Below, piece after piece: positions 36,214 through 46,600 of a DNA stretch of 64,000 nt. Origin of the DNA: a bacterium (lineage in GTDB: Bacteria; Patescibacteriota; Minisyncoccia; UBA6257; JAGOQP01); NCBI GenBank assembly GCA_021780155.1, contig JAJXZH010000032.1, positions 8,889-72,888 on the forward strand, given 5' to 3'. The stretch's first letter is position 1. Every line of letters starts with the position of its first letter. Made by a program: the position numbers and the translations under genes. The notes beneath the pieces were generated by a model. The model was not told where the DNA came from. It ran no database searches and saw only the letters and a program-made list of their open reading frames with translations.

Positions 36214-38319
36214 ATGACTGAAGAACAGGCAAAAGAAAGAATCGCCAAATTAAGAAAGTTTATAAATTATCACCGGACTTTATATCACACTTTTGATGAG
36301 CCGATTTTATCGGATGAAGCGTTTGATACTTTAAAAAACGAGCTTGAAGAATTGGAATACAAATTTCCCAATCTTGTTGTTGCAAATTCCCCCACTCAAG
36401 TCGTTGGAGGAAAGCCACTTGATAAGTTCACTAAAGTTAAGCATGAATTTCCGATGCTTTCTTTTGATGACGCTTTTTCCGACCAAGAGATGAAAGAATG
36501 GCTGGAGCGTCTGAAAAATTATCTTGGCAAATCGCTGATTGATGCCAATGACGCGCAGATTAATGCGGAAAGAAATTTACACAAGTTGGCGTCAAGTCAA
36601 CAAAAATTTGCGTCTTTATTTTATTGTGAATTAAAATTGGATGGACTCGCCATAGAACTGGTTTATGATAATGGAAATTTAGTGTTAGGGGCGACTCGAG
36701 GAGACGGAGTTTTAGGAGAGGACGTGACTCAAAACGTGAAAACAATACCGTCAATTCCTCAAAAACTTACTCAATTTGGTTTATGGAAAATTCCAAAACA
36801 TCTTGTGGTAAGGGGAGAAATTTTGGTTTCCAAAATAGAATTGGAAAGAATAAATAAAGAACAAGAAAAAAAAGGATTAAAAATGTTTGCTAACGTAAGG
36901 AATCTTGCCGCCGGTTCCATCCGCCAGCTTGATCCTAAAATTGCCACCTCAAGAAAATTGGAATCTTTTCAATATGACATCGTAAACAATTGCGGACAAA
37001 AAAATCACGAAGAGGAGCATAAAATGTTGGCCTCTTGGGGATTTAGCATAAATCCTCATAATCGTCCGGCAAAAGATCTAAAAGAAGTGATTGATTTCAG
37101 AAATTATTGGGAAAAGCGCAGAGAAAGTTTGGATTATGACATTGATGGAATTGTTGCCATCGTTAATGATAATAAAATTTTTGACTCCGCCGGAATTATC
37201 GGTAAAGCGCCCAGAGCGGCAATTGCTTATAAATTTTCTCCTCGTCAGGCATCAACTGTTGTTGAAGATGTCATTGTTCAAGTAGGGAGAACCGGAATTT
37301 TAACTCCGGTGGCGGTTTTAAAGCCGACGGAAGTTGGGGGGACGACAATTACTCACGCGACATTACATAATTTTGATGAAATAAAACGACTGGGATTGAA
37401 AATCGGAGACACGGTAATTGTTACTCGCGCCGGAGATGTTATCCCTAAAATCATCGGAGTTTACAAAGAGTTGAGAACGGGAAAAGAGAAGGAAATAAAG
37501 ATTCCGTCAGAATGTCCAATCGACAACGCGCCAATCAAAAAAGATGGAGTCTTTTTGAAATGTTCAAATCCCAGATGTGGGGCGATGAACAGAAATTCAA
37601 TAATTCATTTTGCTTCCCGAGACGCATTTGATATTAGGGGACTTGGAGACAAAATTGTTGATAGGTTTTTGGACGAAGGATTAATTTCTGGTTCGGCGGA
37701 CATTTTTCTTTTGAAAGAGGGCGACATTTCTTCTTTAAAAAAATTCGGAGAAAAGTCGGCTCAAAATATTATTAGTCAAATAGAAAAATCAAAAAAAATT
37801 TCATTAGACAGATTTATTTATGCGTTGGGAATTTTTCATGTCGGACAAGAAACGGCAAAAACTTTGGCAAAAAAATTTACGTCTTCTGGCAAGGGAATAT
37901 CTATTTTAGAACTTCAAAAATATTTTGAAAATTTATCTCAAGAGGAGCTTGAAGAAATATCCGATATCGGCCCCAAAGTGGCTTTGAGCATAAAAAATTG
38001 GTTTAAAGATTATCACAACCGACAATTTTTAAAGAAAATAGAAAAAGCCGGAGTAGAAGTTTTGGGATATTATGAAAAAAATAAGGGTATTTTTGCCGGT
38101 CTTAATATTTGTTTAACCGGAGGATTGAAATCGATGTCTCGCTCAAGAGCCAAAGAAATAATTGAAAACAATGGAGGGCATTTTAATTCGGAAATAACAT
38201 CAAAAACCGACATTGTCATTGTTGGCGACAACCCCGGTTCTAAATTAAAAAAAGCCAAAGATTTGAAAATAGAAATCTGGGATGAAAAAAAATTTTTAAA
38301 AAAAACGGGAGAAAAATAA
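36214..38319 (+). CDS. ligA: NAD-dependent DNA ligase LigA
   Basis: Adenylation motif KLDGLA, OB fold, Zn finger CPIDNAPIKKDGVFLKCSNPRC, HhH and BRCT regions. Confidence 0.9.
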   Translation: MTEEQAKERIAKLRKFINYHRTLYHTFDEPILSDEAFDTLKNELEELEYKFPNLVVANSPTQVVGGKPLDKFTKVKHEFPMLSFDDAFSDQEMKEWLERLKNYLGKSLIDANDAQINAERNLHKLASSQQKFASLFYCELKLDGLAIELVYDNGNLVLGATRGDGVLGEDVTQNVKTIPSIPQKLTQFGLWKIPKHLVVRGEILVSKIELERINKEQEKKGLKMFANVRNLAAGSIRQLDPKIATSRKLESFQYDIVNNCGQKNHEEEHKMLASWGFSINPHNRPAKDLKEVIDFRNYWEKRRESLDYDIDGIVAIVNDNKIFDSAGIIGKAPRAAIAYKFSPRQASTVVEDVIVQVGRTGILTPVAVLKPTEVGGTTITHATLHNFDEIKRLGLKIGDTVIVTRAGDVIPKIIGVYKELRTGKEKEIKIPSECPIDNAPIKKDGVFLKCSNPRCGAMNRNSIIHFASRDAFDIRGLGDKIVDRFLDEGLISGSADIFLLKEGDISSLKKFGEKSAQNIISQIEKSKKISLDRFIYALGIFHVGQETAKTLAKKFTSSGKGISILELQKYFENLSQEELEEISDIGPKVALSIKNWFKDYHNRQFLKKIEKAGVEVLGYYEKNKGIFAGLNICLTGGLKSMSRSRAKEIIENNGGHFNSEITSKTDIVIVGDNPGSKLKKAKDLKIEIWDEKKFLKKTGEK

Positions 38320-38351
38320 TTTTTTACGATAAAATAAATGATATTGCTATT

Positions 38352-39854
38352 ATGAAAAAAGATTTAGGCACATTTTATAGATTGATGGAAATTTTACCGG
38401 CATTTTTAACATGGCTCACCGTTGTTTTGATGTTTCTTTTGTCGTGGAAAATTCCGATCGCGGTCGCCATTTTTATCATACTTTTTGATATTTATTGGTT
38501 GCTTAAAACTATTTATTTGTCTTTTCACTTAAAAAGCAGTTTTAATCGGCTCAAAAAAAACTTAAAGATAGATTGGTTAAAATCGTTGGATTTGAATCAA
38601 GAAACGGCTCAAAAATGGAAAGAAATTTATCATTTGATTATTTTGCCGATGTATCAGGAGCCGTATTCGGTTGTTAAAGAAACCTTTGATCGGTTGGCTG
38701 AATCTAATTATCCGCTTGATAAATTTTTGGTTGTTTTGGCTATTGAAGAAAGAGCCGGTAAGCAAGCGCAGGATGTGGCTTTGGAGATTGAAAAAAATTA
38801 TGGGAATAAATTTTTTAAATTTTTGATTTCCGTTCATCCGGATGGATTAGAGGGCGAAATTCCCGGCAAAGGCTCAAACGAATCATGGGCCGCCAAGAAG
38901 GCCAAGTCGGAAATAATCGATTCAATCGGCATTCCTTATGGCGATATATTGGTTTCTGTTTTTGATGTTGATACTCAGGTTTTTAAAAATTATTTTGGGA
39001 TTTTAACCGAAACGTTTTTGACCGAAAAAGACGGTCAATTTTCAAGTTATCAACCGGTGCCGTTATTTTTAAATAATATTTATCAAGCGCCGGCCCTGGC
39101 GAGAATTATAGGATTTTCTTCGACTTTTTGGCATTTGATGCAACAATCGCGGGCAGAAAAATTGACAACCTTTTCTTCTCATTCGGTTCCATTCAAGGCA
39201 CTTTGTGAGATTGATTTTTGGCAAAAAAATATAGTTTCCGAGGACTCGAGAATTTTTTGGCAATTTTTTCTTCATTTTGACGGTCATTGGAAAACGGTTC
39301 CTCTTTTTTATCCGGTCTCAATGGATGCCAATGTGGCACCAACATTTTGGGGGACAATGATGAATCTTTATAAACAACAAAGGCGATGGGCTTGGGGAAG
39401 CGAAAATGCCGCTTTTCTTTTTTCGGGATTTAAGAAGAATAAAAAAATATCTTTTGGGAAAAAAATCTATTGGACATTTCATTTGCTTGAGGGCTATCAT
39501 TCCTGGGCAACCAGTTCTTTGATTATTTTTGCCTTAGGTTGGCTTCCGATTATGCTGGGAGGAGTTTCTTTTGGAGCGACTTTAATTGCTTATAATTTAC
39601 CCAGCATTACCAGGTGGATTATGACTTTGGCTTCTTTGGGAATTGTCAGCTCCGCCTTCTTATCCATGGCTTTATTGCCACCAAAACCTTTCGAATTTAA
39701 AAAAATAAACAGTTTGTGGTATTTTTTTTCATGGATTTTAATGCCCGCGACACTTATATTTTTTGGATCTTTGCCGGCCATTGAAGCTCAAACGAGATTG
39801 GCTTTGTCCGGGAAATTCAGCTTGGATTTTTGGGTGACGCCAAAGCATAGATGA
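38352..39854 (+). CDS. Membrane-embedded family-2 glycosyltransferase (processive, cellulose/chitin synthase-like)
   Basis: DVD (DxD) motif and QQRRW (QxxRW) motif, flanked by multiple TM helices. Confidence 0.65.
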   Translation: MKKDLGTFYRLMEILPAFLTWLTVVLMFLLSWKIPIAVAIFIILFDIYWLLKTIYLSFHLKSSFNRLKKNLKIDWLKSLDLNQETAQKWKEIYHLIILPMYQEPYSVVKETFDRLAESNYPLDKFLVVLAIEERAGKQAQDVALEIEKNYGNKFFKFLISVHPDGLEGEIPGKGSNESWAAKKAKSEIIDSIGIPYGDILVSVFDVDTQVFKNYFGILTETFLTEKDGQFSSYQPVPLFLNNIYQAPALARIIGFSSTFWHLMQQSRAEKLTTFSSHSVPFKALCEIDFWQKNIVSEDSRIFWQFFLHFDGHWKTVPLFYPVSMDANVAPTFWGTMMNLYKQQRRWAWGSENAAFLFSGFKKNKKISFGKKIYWTFHLLEGYHSWATSSLIIFALGWLPIMLGGVSFGATLIAYNLPSITRWIMTLASLGIVSSAFLSMALLPPKPFEFKKINSLWYFFSWILMPATLIFFGSLPAIEAQTRLALSGKFSLDFWVTPKHR

Positions 39855-39889
39855 TTTAAAATAAAAAAATTAATTTTAATTTAAAAACG

Positions 39890-41035
39890 ATGATTATACT
39901 GGCAATTGAGACAAGTTGCGATGAAACCGCCATTGCTCTCGTGGAGGCAAGAGGCGGAATAAATAATTTTGAATTTAAAATTATAAAAAGTTTAGTTGCC
40001 TCTCAGATAAAACTTCATGCCAAGTTTGGCGGCGTTGTTCCCAATTTGGCAAAAAGAGAACATCTTAAAAATCTTCCGATTCTTTTGGATAAAATAATGA
40101 ATGCCAAATACAAAATACGGGATATAGATTTGATTGCCGTTACTGTTGGTCCCGGACTTGAGCCGGCGCTTTGGACGGGGGTGCAATTTGCCAAAGAACT
40201 TTCCGATAAATATAAAAAACCGATTATTGGCGTTAATCATCTTGAGGGTCATTTATATAGTTTTTTGTTATCGCAAAAATCAGTAAATATCAAACATCAG
40301 TCTGGAAATTTTGGGAAAATACAAAATATAAAATACAAAATAAAAAGTGCGTCCAATTTATTTCCGGCAATTTCTCTGATTGTGAGTGGCGGACACACGA
40401 TTCTGTCTGAATTAAAAAATATAAAAAAATATGAAAAGTTGGGAGAGACATTGGATGACGCAGTGGGCGAATCGTTCGATAAGGTGGCTCGTTTATTAAA
40501 TCTTCCTTATCCGGGAGGTCCGGCATTGGAAAAATTGGCAAAACAAGGAGATGAAAAATCAATTTCTTTCCCATCGCCAATGATAAATCAAAACAATTAT
40601 AATTTTAGTTATTCGGGACTCAAAACTTCCGTTTTGTATTATTTAAAAAATCTTGGCTCAACCGCGGGCGATTTTTCACTTTCAACCAAAGAAAAAAATA
40701 ATCTGAGAAAAATAGAATCCAAAAAAAATATCAGAGCAGATATTGCGGCTTCATTTCAGCGTGCCGCTTTTAGTTCTCTTGTTAAGAAAGCGCTGCGTGC
40801 TGTCAAAGAAAAAAAGGCAAAAACCATTGTTATTGGTGGCGGAGTAGCGGCAAACAAAAATCTTCATGATTTTTTTATTTCGGAAATAGAAAAAAACAAT
40901 TTGAAAATCAGGCTGATTTTTCCTCCATTGGAGTATTGTATGGATAATGGCGTAATGATTGCTTTGGCGGCATACATAAATAAATCAAAACACAACAAAT
41001 ACCCCATAAAGGCCAACAGCAACTTGAACTTATAA
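39890..41035 (+). CDS. tsaD: tRNA N6-adenosine threonylcarbamoyltransferase TsaD (Kae1/Gcp), with a ~30-aa lineage-specific insert
   Basis: N-terminal ILAIETSCDETAIAL and metal-binding VNHLEGH...SGGH motifs. Confidence 0.85.
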   Translation: MIILAIETSCDETAIALVEARGGINNFEFKIIKSLVASQIKLHAKFGGVVPNLAKREHLKNLPILLDKIMNAKYKIRDIDLIAVTVGPGLEPALWTGVQFAKELSDKYKKPIIGVNHLEGHLYSFLLSQKSVNIKHQSGNFGKIQNIKYKIKSASNLFPAISLIVSGGHTILSELKNIKKYEKLGETLDDAVGESFDKVARLLNLPYPGGPALEKLAKQGDEKSISFPSPMINQNNYNFSYSGLKTSVLYYLKNLGSTAGDFSLSTKEKNNLRKIESKKNIRADIAASFQRAAFSSLVKKALRAVKEKKAKTIVIGGGVAANKNLHDFFISEIEKNNLKIRLIFPPLEYCMDNGVMIALAAYINKSKHNKYPIKANSNLNL

Positions 41036-41068
41036 AAAAGCGCCCTTTTGTTTTGGCGCTTCAAAATG
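41035..41068. terminator. Bidirectional terminator
   Basis: aaaagcgccc ttttgtttt ggcgctt, between convergent genes. Confidence 0.55.
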
Positions 41069-41306
41069 ATACATTGTCTATGAAAAGTCCGTCGGCAATT
41101 TTGTGGCGAGAGATTTCAATCAGCTTTTTTTCCCGCCAATTGGACCGTTTCATTAGGGCGGCGATAGTCGGATTTTGAGAGGCAATCTCAATGACTTTGG
41201 TTAAATTGGCTCTTTTAAATTCTTCCACAAAGATTATCGTTGTGATTGTTTTTTGACTTCCTCTGTATAAAAAACTTTGATTGATTTTGAAAATGTAGGC
41301 AGTCAT
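41061..41306 (-). CDS. Hypothetical small protein
   Basis: ORF of 81 aa; its start overlaps the stop of the upstream ORF by 4 nt (ATGA). Confidence 0.4.
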   Translation of the reverse strand: MTAYIFKINQSFLYRGSQKTITTIIFVEEFKRANLTKVIEIASQNPTIAALMKRSNWREKKLIEISRHKIADGLFIDNVSF

Positions 41307-41608
41307 TTCTCTTCCTTATCCTTCCCATTTTTTGTGAGAATAATGTTTTGGCCAATAGTAAGTTGAGAGATACCCAAACGATTTTCTCCCATCTGATGAA
41401 AAACAAATGTTTCGGTGTCTATGACTATGCTTTTTGTTGATTCTTTTATTGATTTCCCTCCGATTATTTTTTTGAGATCGCCTATGTCAATTGTTATCTC
41501 TCCGGAAACAACGCTGATATCATTGATTATTCCGCTATAAATTTGAAAGTCGATAATTTCAATGGATCCGCCTTTAAATTTTTTAAGCTGAGAGTCCGTG
41601 ATGTTCAT
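41303..41608 (-). CDS. Hypothetical small protein with a beta-rich repeat pattern; weak resemblance to bactofilin
   Basis: ORF of 101 aa with repetitive G..I.G.I..V.G pattern. Confidence 0.35.
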   Translation of the reverse strand: MNITDSQLKKFKGGSIEIIDFQIYSGIINDISVVSGEITIDIGDLKKIIGGKSIKESTKSIVIDTETFVFHQMGENRLGISQLTIGQNIILTKNGKDKEEK

Positions 41609-41722
41609 CCGTCTTCTCCTTTTTGCCGTTTGATTTTAAAGATCTTGTTTTAATATACTGATTATTTATATTGTGTCAAGTTTTGTTTTTTGATTTTTTA
41701 AGTGATAAAGTTAATTTAATTT

Positions 41723-42796
41723 ATGAATTCAATTTTCAGAAAAATAGATTGGCAGATGATGGTTTCCATTTTTATCTTGATTTCTGCCGGATTATTAAGC
41801 TTGTTTAGTTCAAGCGCTGATTTTTTTCACAAACAGATTTATTGGATAATTTTAGCTTTGGCCTTATTTGTTTTTCTTGTTTTTGTGGACTTAAGGTCTT
41901 TTTTTAGTCATCGATCGGTTGTTAGGGGAATTTATGTTTTAATGGTTATTATTTTGATTTTTGCTCTTTTATTTGCTCCGAGAATAAAAGGGAATCGTTC
42001 CTGGATAGTTTTTGGTCCGTTTCAATTTCAACCTTCGGAATTTGCCAAAGTCGTTTTGATTATTGCTTTGGCTTATTTTTTCTCAAAATCTCATGTTGGA
42101 ATTGGAAGGTGGAAAATTGTTTTGAATTCGTTTTTTTATTTTGCTCTTTTGGGAATAATTGTGGCGGCGCTTCCGGATATGGGATCAGCTTTTGTTTTAT
42201 TTGCTCTGTGGTTTGGATTTGTATTGGTTTCCGGAATGCCATTTAAAAAAATTGTTATATCTTCATTGGTTTTTATTTTTATTTTTGTTTTGATGTGGTC
42301 TTTTATTTTTAAGCCGTATCAGAAAGAAAGAATTTTAGGGGTTCTCTTGCCTCAAAGCGATCCATTGGGCGCAAATTATCACGCCATTCAATCCAAAATT
42401 GCCATAGGTTCGGGGGGGATTTTTGGTCAAGGTTTTAGGCAGGGAACTCAGGTGCAACTTGGATTTCTTCCGGAAGCTCAAACCGATTTTATATTTGCCG
42501 CCATTGCCGAAGAAGGCGGATTGTTGGCGATGATTATATTGCTCGGCGCTTTTGGCTGGCTGGTTTTGAGAATTATAAAAATGGCAAGCATGATAGAGGG
42601 CAATTTTGACAAATTTTTGTGTTTGGGGACGGCAATTTTGTTTTTGTCTCAATTCGTTTTGAATGTTGGCTCTAATTTGGGAGTTCTGCCGATTGTAGGA
42701 GTTACTTTTCCTTTTGTGAGTTATGGCGGATCAAGCTTGATTGCCAATACTATTTTAGTGGGGATGATGCAGTCGGCTTGGGTTAAGCGAAGATAA
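41723..42796 (+). CDS. SEDS family peptidoglycan glycosyltransferase (FtsW/RodA)
   Basis: Ten-TM architecture with conserved GSGGIFGQG...PEAQTDFIFA block. Confidence 0.8.
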   Translation: MNSIFRKIDWQMMVSIFILISAGLLSLFSSSADFFHKQIYWIILALALFVFLVFVDLRSFFSHRSVVRGIYVLMVIILIFALLFAPRIKGNRSWIVFGPFQFQPSEFAKVVLIIALAYFFSKSHVGIGRWKIVLNSFFYFALLGIIVAALPDMGSAFVLFALWFGFVLVSGMPFKKIVISSLVFIFIFVLMWSFIFKPYQKERILGVLLPQSDPLGANYHAIQSKIAIGSGGIFGQGFRQGTQVQLGFLPEAQTDFIFAAIAEEGGLLAMIILLGAFGWLVLRIIKMASMIEGNFDKFLCLGTAILFLSQFVLNVGSNLGVLPIVGVTFPFVSYGGSSLIANTILVGMMQSAWVKRR

Positions 42797-42806
42797 CAGG
42801 GCGCAA

Positions 42807-43370
42807 ATGAAGCAAAAAATAATAAAAAATAATTTTTTTAAAAACAATCCTGAATTTGTTGCCAAAAATCTTTTGGGCAAGGTTATAGTCAGAAAAATAA
42901 AAAACAGAGAGATAAAAATATTAATTTTAGAAACCGAAGCTTATTTGGGAGAAAATGATTTGGCATCTCACGCTCATTTTGGGAAAACCGAAAGAAATAA
43001 AGCGATGTTTGAAGATGGGGGTATTTGGTATGTTTATTTGGTTTATGGAATACACTGGCTTTTAAATATCGTCACCGAAAAACAAGACAAGCCGTCGGCT
43101 GTTTTAATCAGGAGAGGACTTTCTTTAAATAAAACCAAAAAAATTTTAAATGGTCCGGCAATTGTCGCGCGAACTTTGAAAATTGACGGAAAATTTTATG
43201 GCAAAAAAAGTTTGAGAGAATCAGGGTTATGGATTGAAGATTGGGGGATTGATTTAAAAAAAATAAAGATAAGAAAACTTACCAGGGTTGGAGTCGATTA
43301 TGCCGGCAGATGGGCTGATAAAAAATTAAGGTTTAATCTTGATAATTTAGAGGAATTAGCTATTTTTTGA
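42807..43370 (+). CDS. mpg: DNA-3-methyladenine glycosylase (Mpg/AAG family)
   Basis: ETEAYLGENDLASHA...VYLVYGIH signature. Confidence 0.75.
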   Translation: MKQKIIKNNFFKNNPEFVAKNLLGKVIVRKIKNREIKILILETEAYLGENDLASHAHFGKTERNKAMFEDGGIWYVYLVYGIHWLLNIVTEKQDKPSAVLIRRGLSLNKTKKILNGPAIVARTLKIDGKFYGKKSLRESGLWIEDWGIDLKKIKIRKLTRVGVDYAGRWADKKLRFNLDNLEELAIF

Positions 43371-43653
43371 ATAAATAGCTCAAAATGAGATGTTTGAGCC
43401 GGGCGTTCTTTTGGGGGGGGCTTGATTTTTATTTTTTAATATGGCATTATTACTTTAACTTCTGCCACCGATTTTTTGGATAATTTTTAAATTAAGGCGA
43501 CTTTTGTCAATTTCGAAAAATGTGAATTTGACAAGTCCCAAATTTATAGTGTTTAACACCAATTAATTTTATAAAATTGACAAAAATAATCCTCTCGCAT
43601 ACGGAGACGGGGGGATTGATTTTTTTGCGTAAATAAAATAATTAAAATTTTTT

Positions 43654-46600
43654 ATGTCGACAAAAAATATTGAGGTCAAAAAATTCTCTACTCACCCGGG
43701 CGATTTCATAAAAATTCCTTTTATGGGAGAGATCCAATTCAATTCTTGGAATTGGTTTTTAAAAAAAGGGATTAAAGAACTTTTTAAGGAGATATCTCCA
43801 ATCAGAGATTATACGACAAAAGAATACGAACTTTATTTTGAAGATTATGCTTTTGACGAGCCGAAATTTTCCGAAGAAGAATCATGGCAGAGAAGTTCAA
43901 CTTTTGAGGCCTCTTTGAGGGCTAAAGTTCGTTTGGTTAATTTAAATACAAAAAGAGAGGTTGTCCAAGAGGTGTATCTTGGAGATTATCCGATGATGAC
44001 CAAAAGAGGAACGTTTACTATAAATGGAGTTGAAAGAGTGGTTGTTTCTCAATTTATAAGATCATCGGGAGTTTATTTCAATGCCAGAGCCATAAGAGGT
44101 AAAAAATATTTTGGCGCTAAAATTATTCCAGATAGAGGAAGTTGGATGGAGTTTGAGACCGAAGCCGATGGATTTATTGGAGTTAAAATAGATAAACACA
44201 GAAAGGTGGCGGTTACCGACCTTTTGAGGGTGTTTGGGTTGGAACACAACGAAGATATTTTAAAAACATTTTCCGACACAGACAATGGCCAAATCAAATA
44301 CATTCAAGCAACCTTAAAAAAGGATGCCGCTTCAGATGTCTCAAATTCTTATGTTGAAATTTATAAGAGATTAAGGCCGGGAGATTTAGCCAGCCCGGAA
44401 AATGCCAAAGGACTGATAGATGGAATGTTTAAGCGATCCGATAGGTTTTCTTTGTCTGAAGTTGGTCGCTACAAAATGAATCAGAGATTATCCGTTTCAT
44501 CCAAAGAAAAAATAGATACTCAGCTCATTCGTCTTGAAGATTTGATTTTAATTGTTAAAGAAATAATCAGATTGAATAATGATGACCATGCGGAGCCGGA
44601 TGATATTGATTCTCTTTCCAATAGACGCGTCAGATCGGTCGGAGAATTGCTTCAATCAAGAATGAGAGTTGGTTTTGCCAGAATGAGAAGAATTATTCAG
44701 GACAGAATGTCTACCTTGGAAGTGGAACAAGTTACTCCATTACAATTAATTAATCCAAAGCCACTTTCTTCGGTTGCCAGAGAATTTTTGATTTCTTCGC
44801 AGCTTTCCCAATTTATGGATCAAGTTAATCCGTTGGCGGAGCTTTCTCATAAAAGAAGATTATCAGCCTTGGGTCCCGGAGGACTAACTCGCGAACGAGC
44901 CGGCTTTGAGGTGCGCGATGTTCACGAATCTCATTATGGGAGAATTTGTCCGGTAGAAACTCCGGAAGGACAAAATATCGGTCTTATAAACCATCTATCT
45001 AATTTTGCCAGAGTTAATGATTATGGTTTTTTGGAAACTCCTTATGCCAAAGTAAAAAATGGAAAAGTTACCGATGAAATAGTTTGGATGACGGCTGCCG
45101 AAGAAAAAAAACATAAAATTGCCGAAGGAGGAGTAGCGCTTGATAATTTAAAAAGGATTGTAAATGAATCGGTTGAAGCGAGAATCAATGGAGAGCCGGA
45201 AGTTTGTTCAAAAGAGGATGTTGATTTTATAGACGTTTCTCCAACTCAAGTAATCAGTGGGGCAACAAATCTTATCCCATTTTTGGAGCATGACGATGGA
45301 AACAGGGCTTTGATGGGAGCAAACATGCAAAGACAAGCCGTCCCTTCTATTAGAGCTGAGGCTCCTTTGGTTGGAACCGGAATTGAAGAGCAAATCGCCA
45401 AAGATTCCGGAAGAGTAATTATGGCCATAGAAGATGGAGAGGTAATAGAATCCGACGCTCGCCATATTGTTGTTAAAAATAAAAATGGTTCCAAAAATTA
45501 TTATGATGTTTTGAAATTCAGGCGCTCAAACCAATATACTTCTATTAACAATAAGACTATCGCTAAGGTTGGGCAAAAAGTAAAAAAAGGAGATGTTTTA
45601 GCCGATGGTCCGGCGACTGAAAATGGAGTGTTGGCTTTGGGACAAAACCTTTTGGTTGCCTTCATACCTTATTTTGGAGGAAATTATGACGACTCAATTG
45701 CTATTTCGGAAATTGTCGCAAGACAAGATAGATTCACCTCTATTTATATAGAAGATTTTTCATGCGATGTGAGAGATACCAAACTTGGACCTGAAGTTAC
45801 CACCTCAGACATTCCCAATGTTTCGGAGGATAAATTAAGAAATCTCGATGAAGAGGGAGTTATCAGAATCGGCGCGGAAATCAGAGCCGGAGATATTTTG
45901 GTCGGAAAAATATCACCCAAAGGAGAAACCGAACTTACAGCCGAAGAAAAACTATTGCGTTCCATCTTTGGAGAGAAAGCAAGAGACGTTAAAGATTCGT
46001 CTTTATATCTTCCTCACGGAAAATCAGGAAGAGTTATCGGTATAAAAGTTTTTTCAAGAGAAAGAGGCGACAAACTTGAGCCGGGAATAATAAAAAGAAT
46101 TCAAGTTGAAGTGGCTCAATTGAGAAAAATAAGAGCCGGAGACAAGCTTGCGGGTAGACACGGAAACAAAGGAGTTATTTCGAGAATTTTTCCGGTTGAA
46201 GATATGCCTTATTTAGCCGACGGCACTCCGGTTGATATTGTGTTAAATCCTCTCGGAGTCGCTTCGCGTATGAATTTGGGACAAATTTTGGAAACTCATT
46301 TGGGAATGGCTGCAAAAAAGTTGAATTACAGAGCAGTAAGCGAGGTTTTCGTCGGAGCCACCGAAGAAGAAATAAGCGCCGAACTTAAAAAGGCGGGATA
46401 TCCGGAAAATGGAAAACTTGCCGTTTATAACGGAAAGACCGGAAAGAAATTTGACCAAGATGCGACTGTCGGATACATTTATATGCTTAAACTTAATCAC
46501 TTAGTTGAAGATAAAATACACATGCGTTCAATTGGTCCTTATTCTTTGGTTACTCAACAGCCACTTGGAGGAAAGGCTCAATTTGGAGGCCAGAGATTTG

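Noticed and set aside
43371-43653. Leader region upstream of rpoB with several TTGACA-like hexamers
   Set aside because: I could not define a convincing -35/-10 pair or an attenuator structure by eye; left unannotated.
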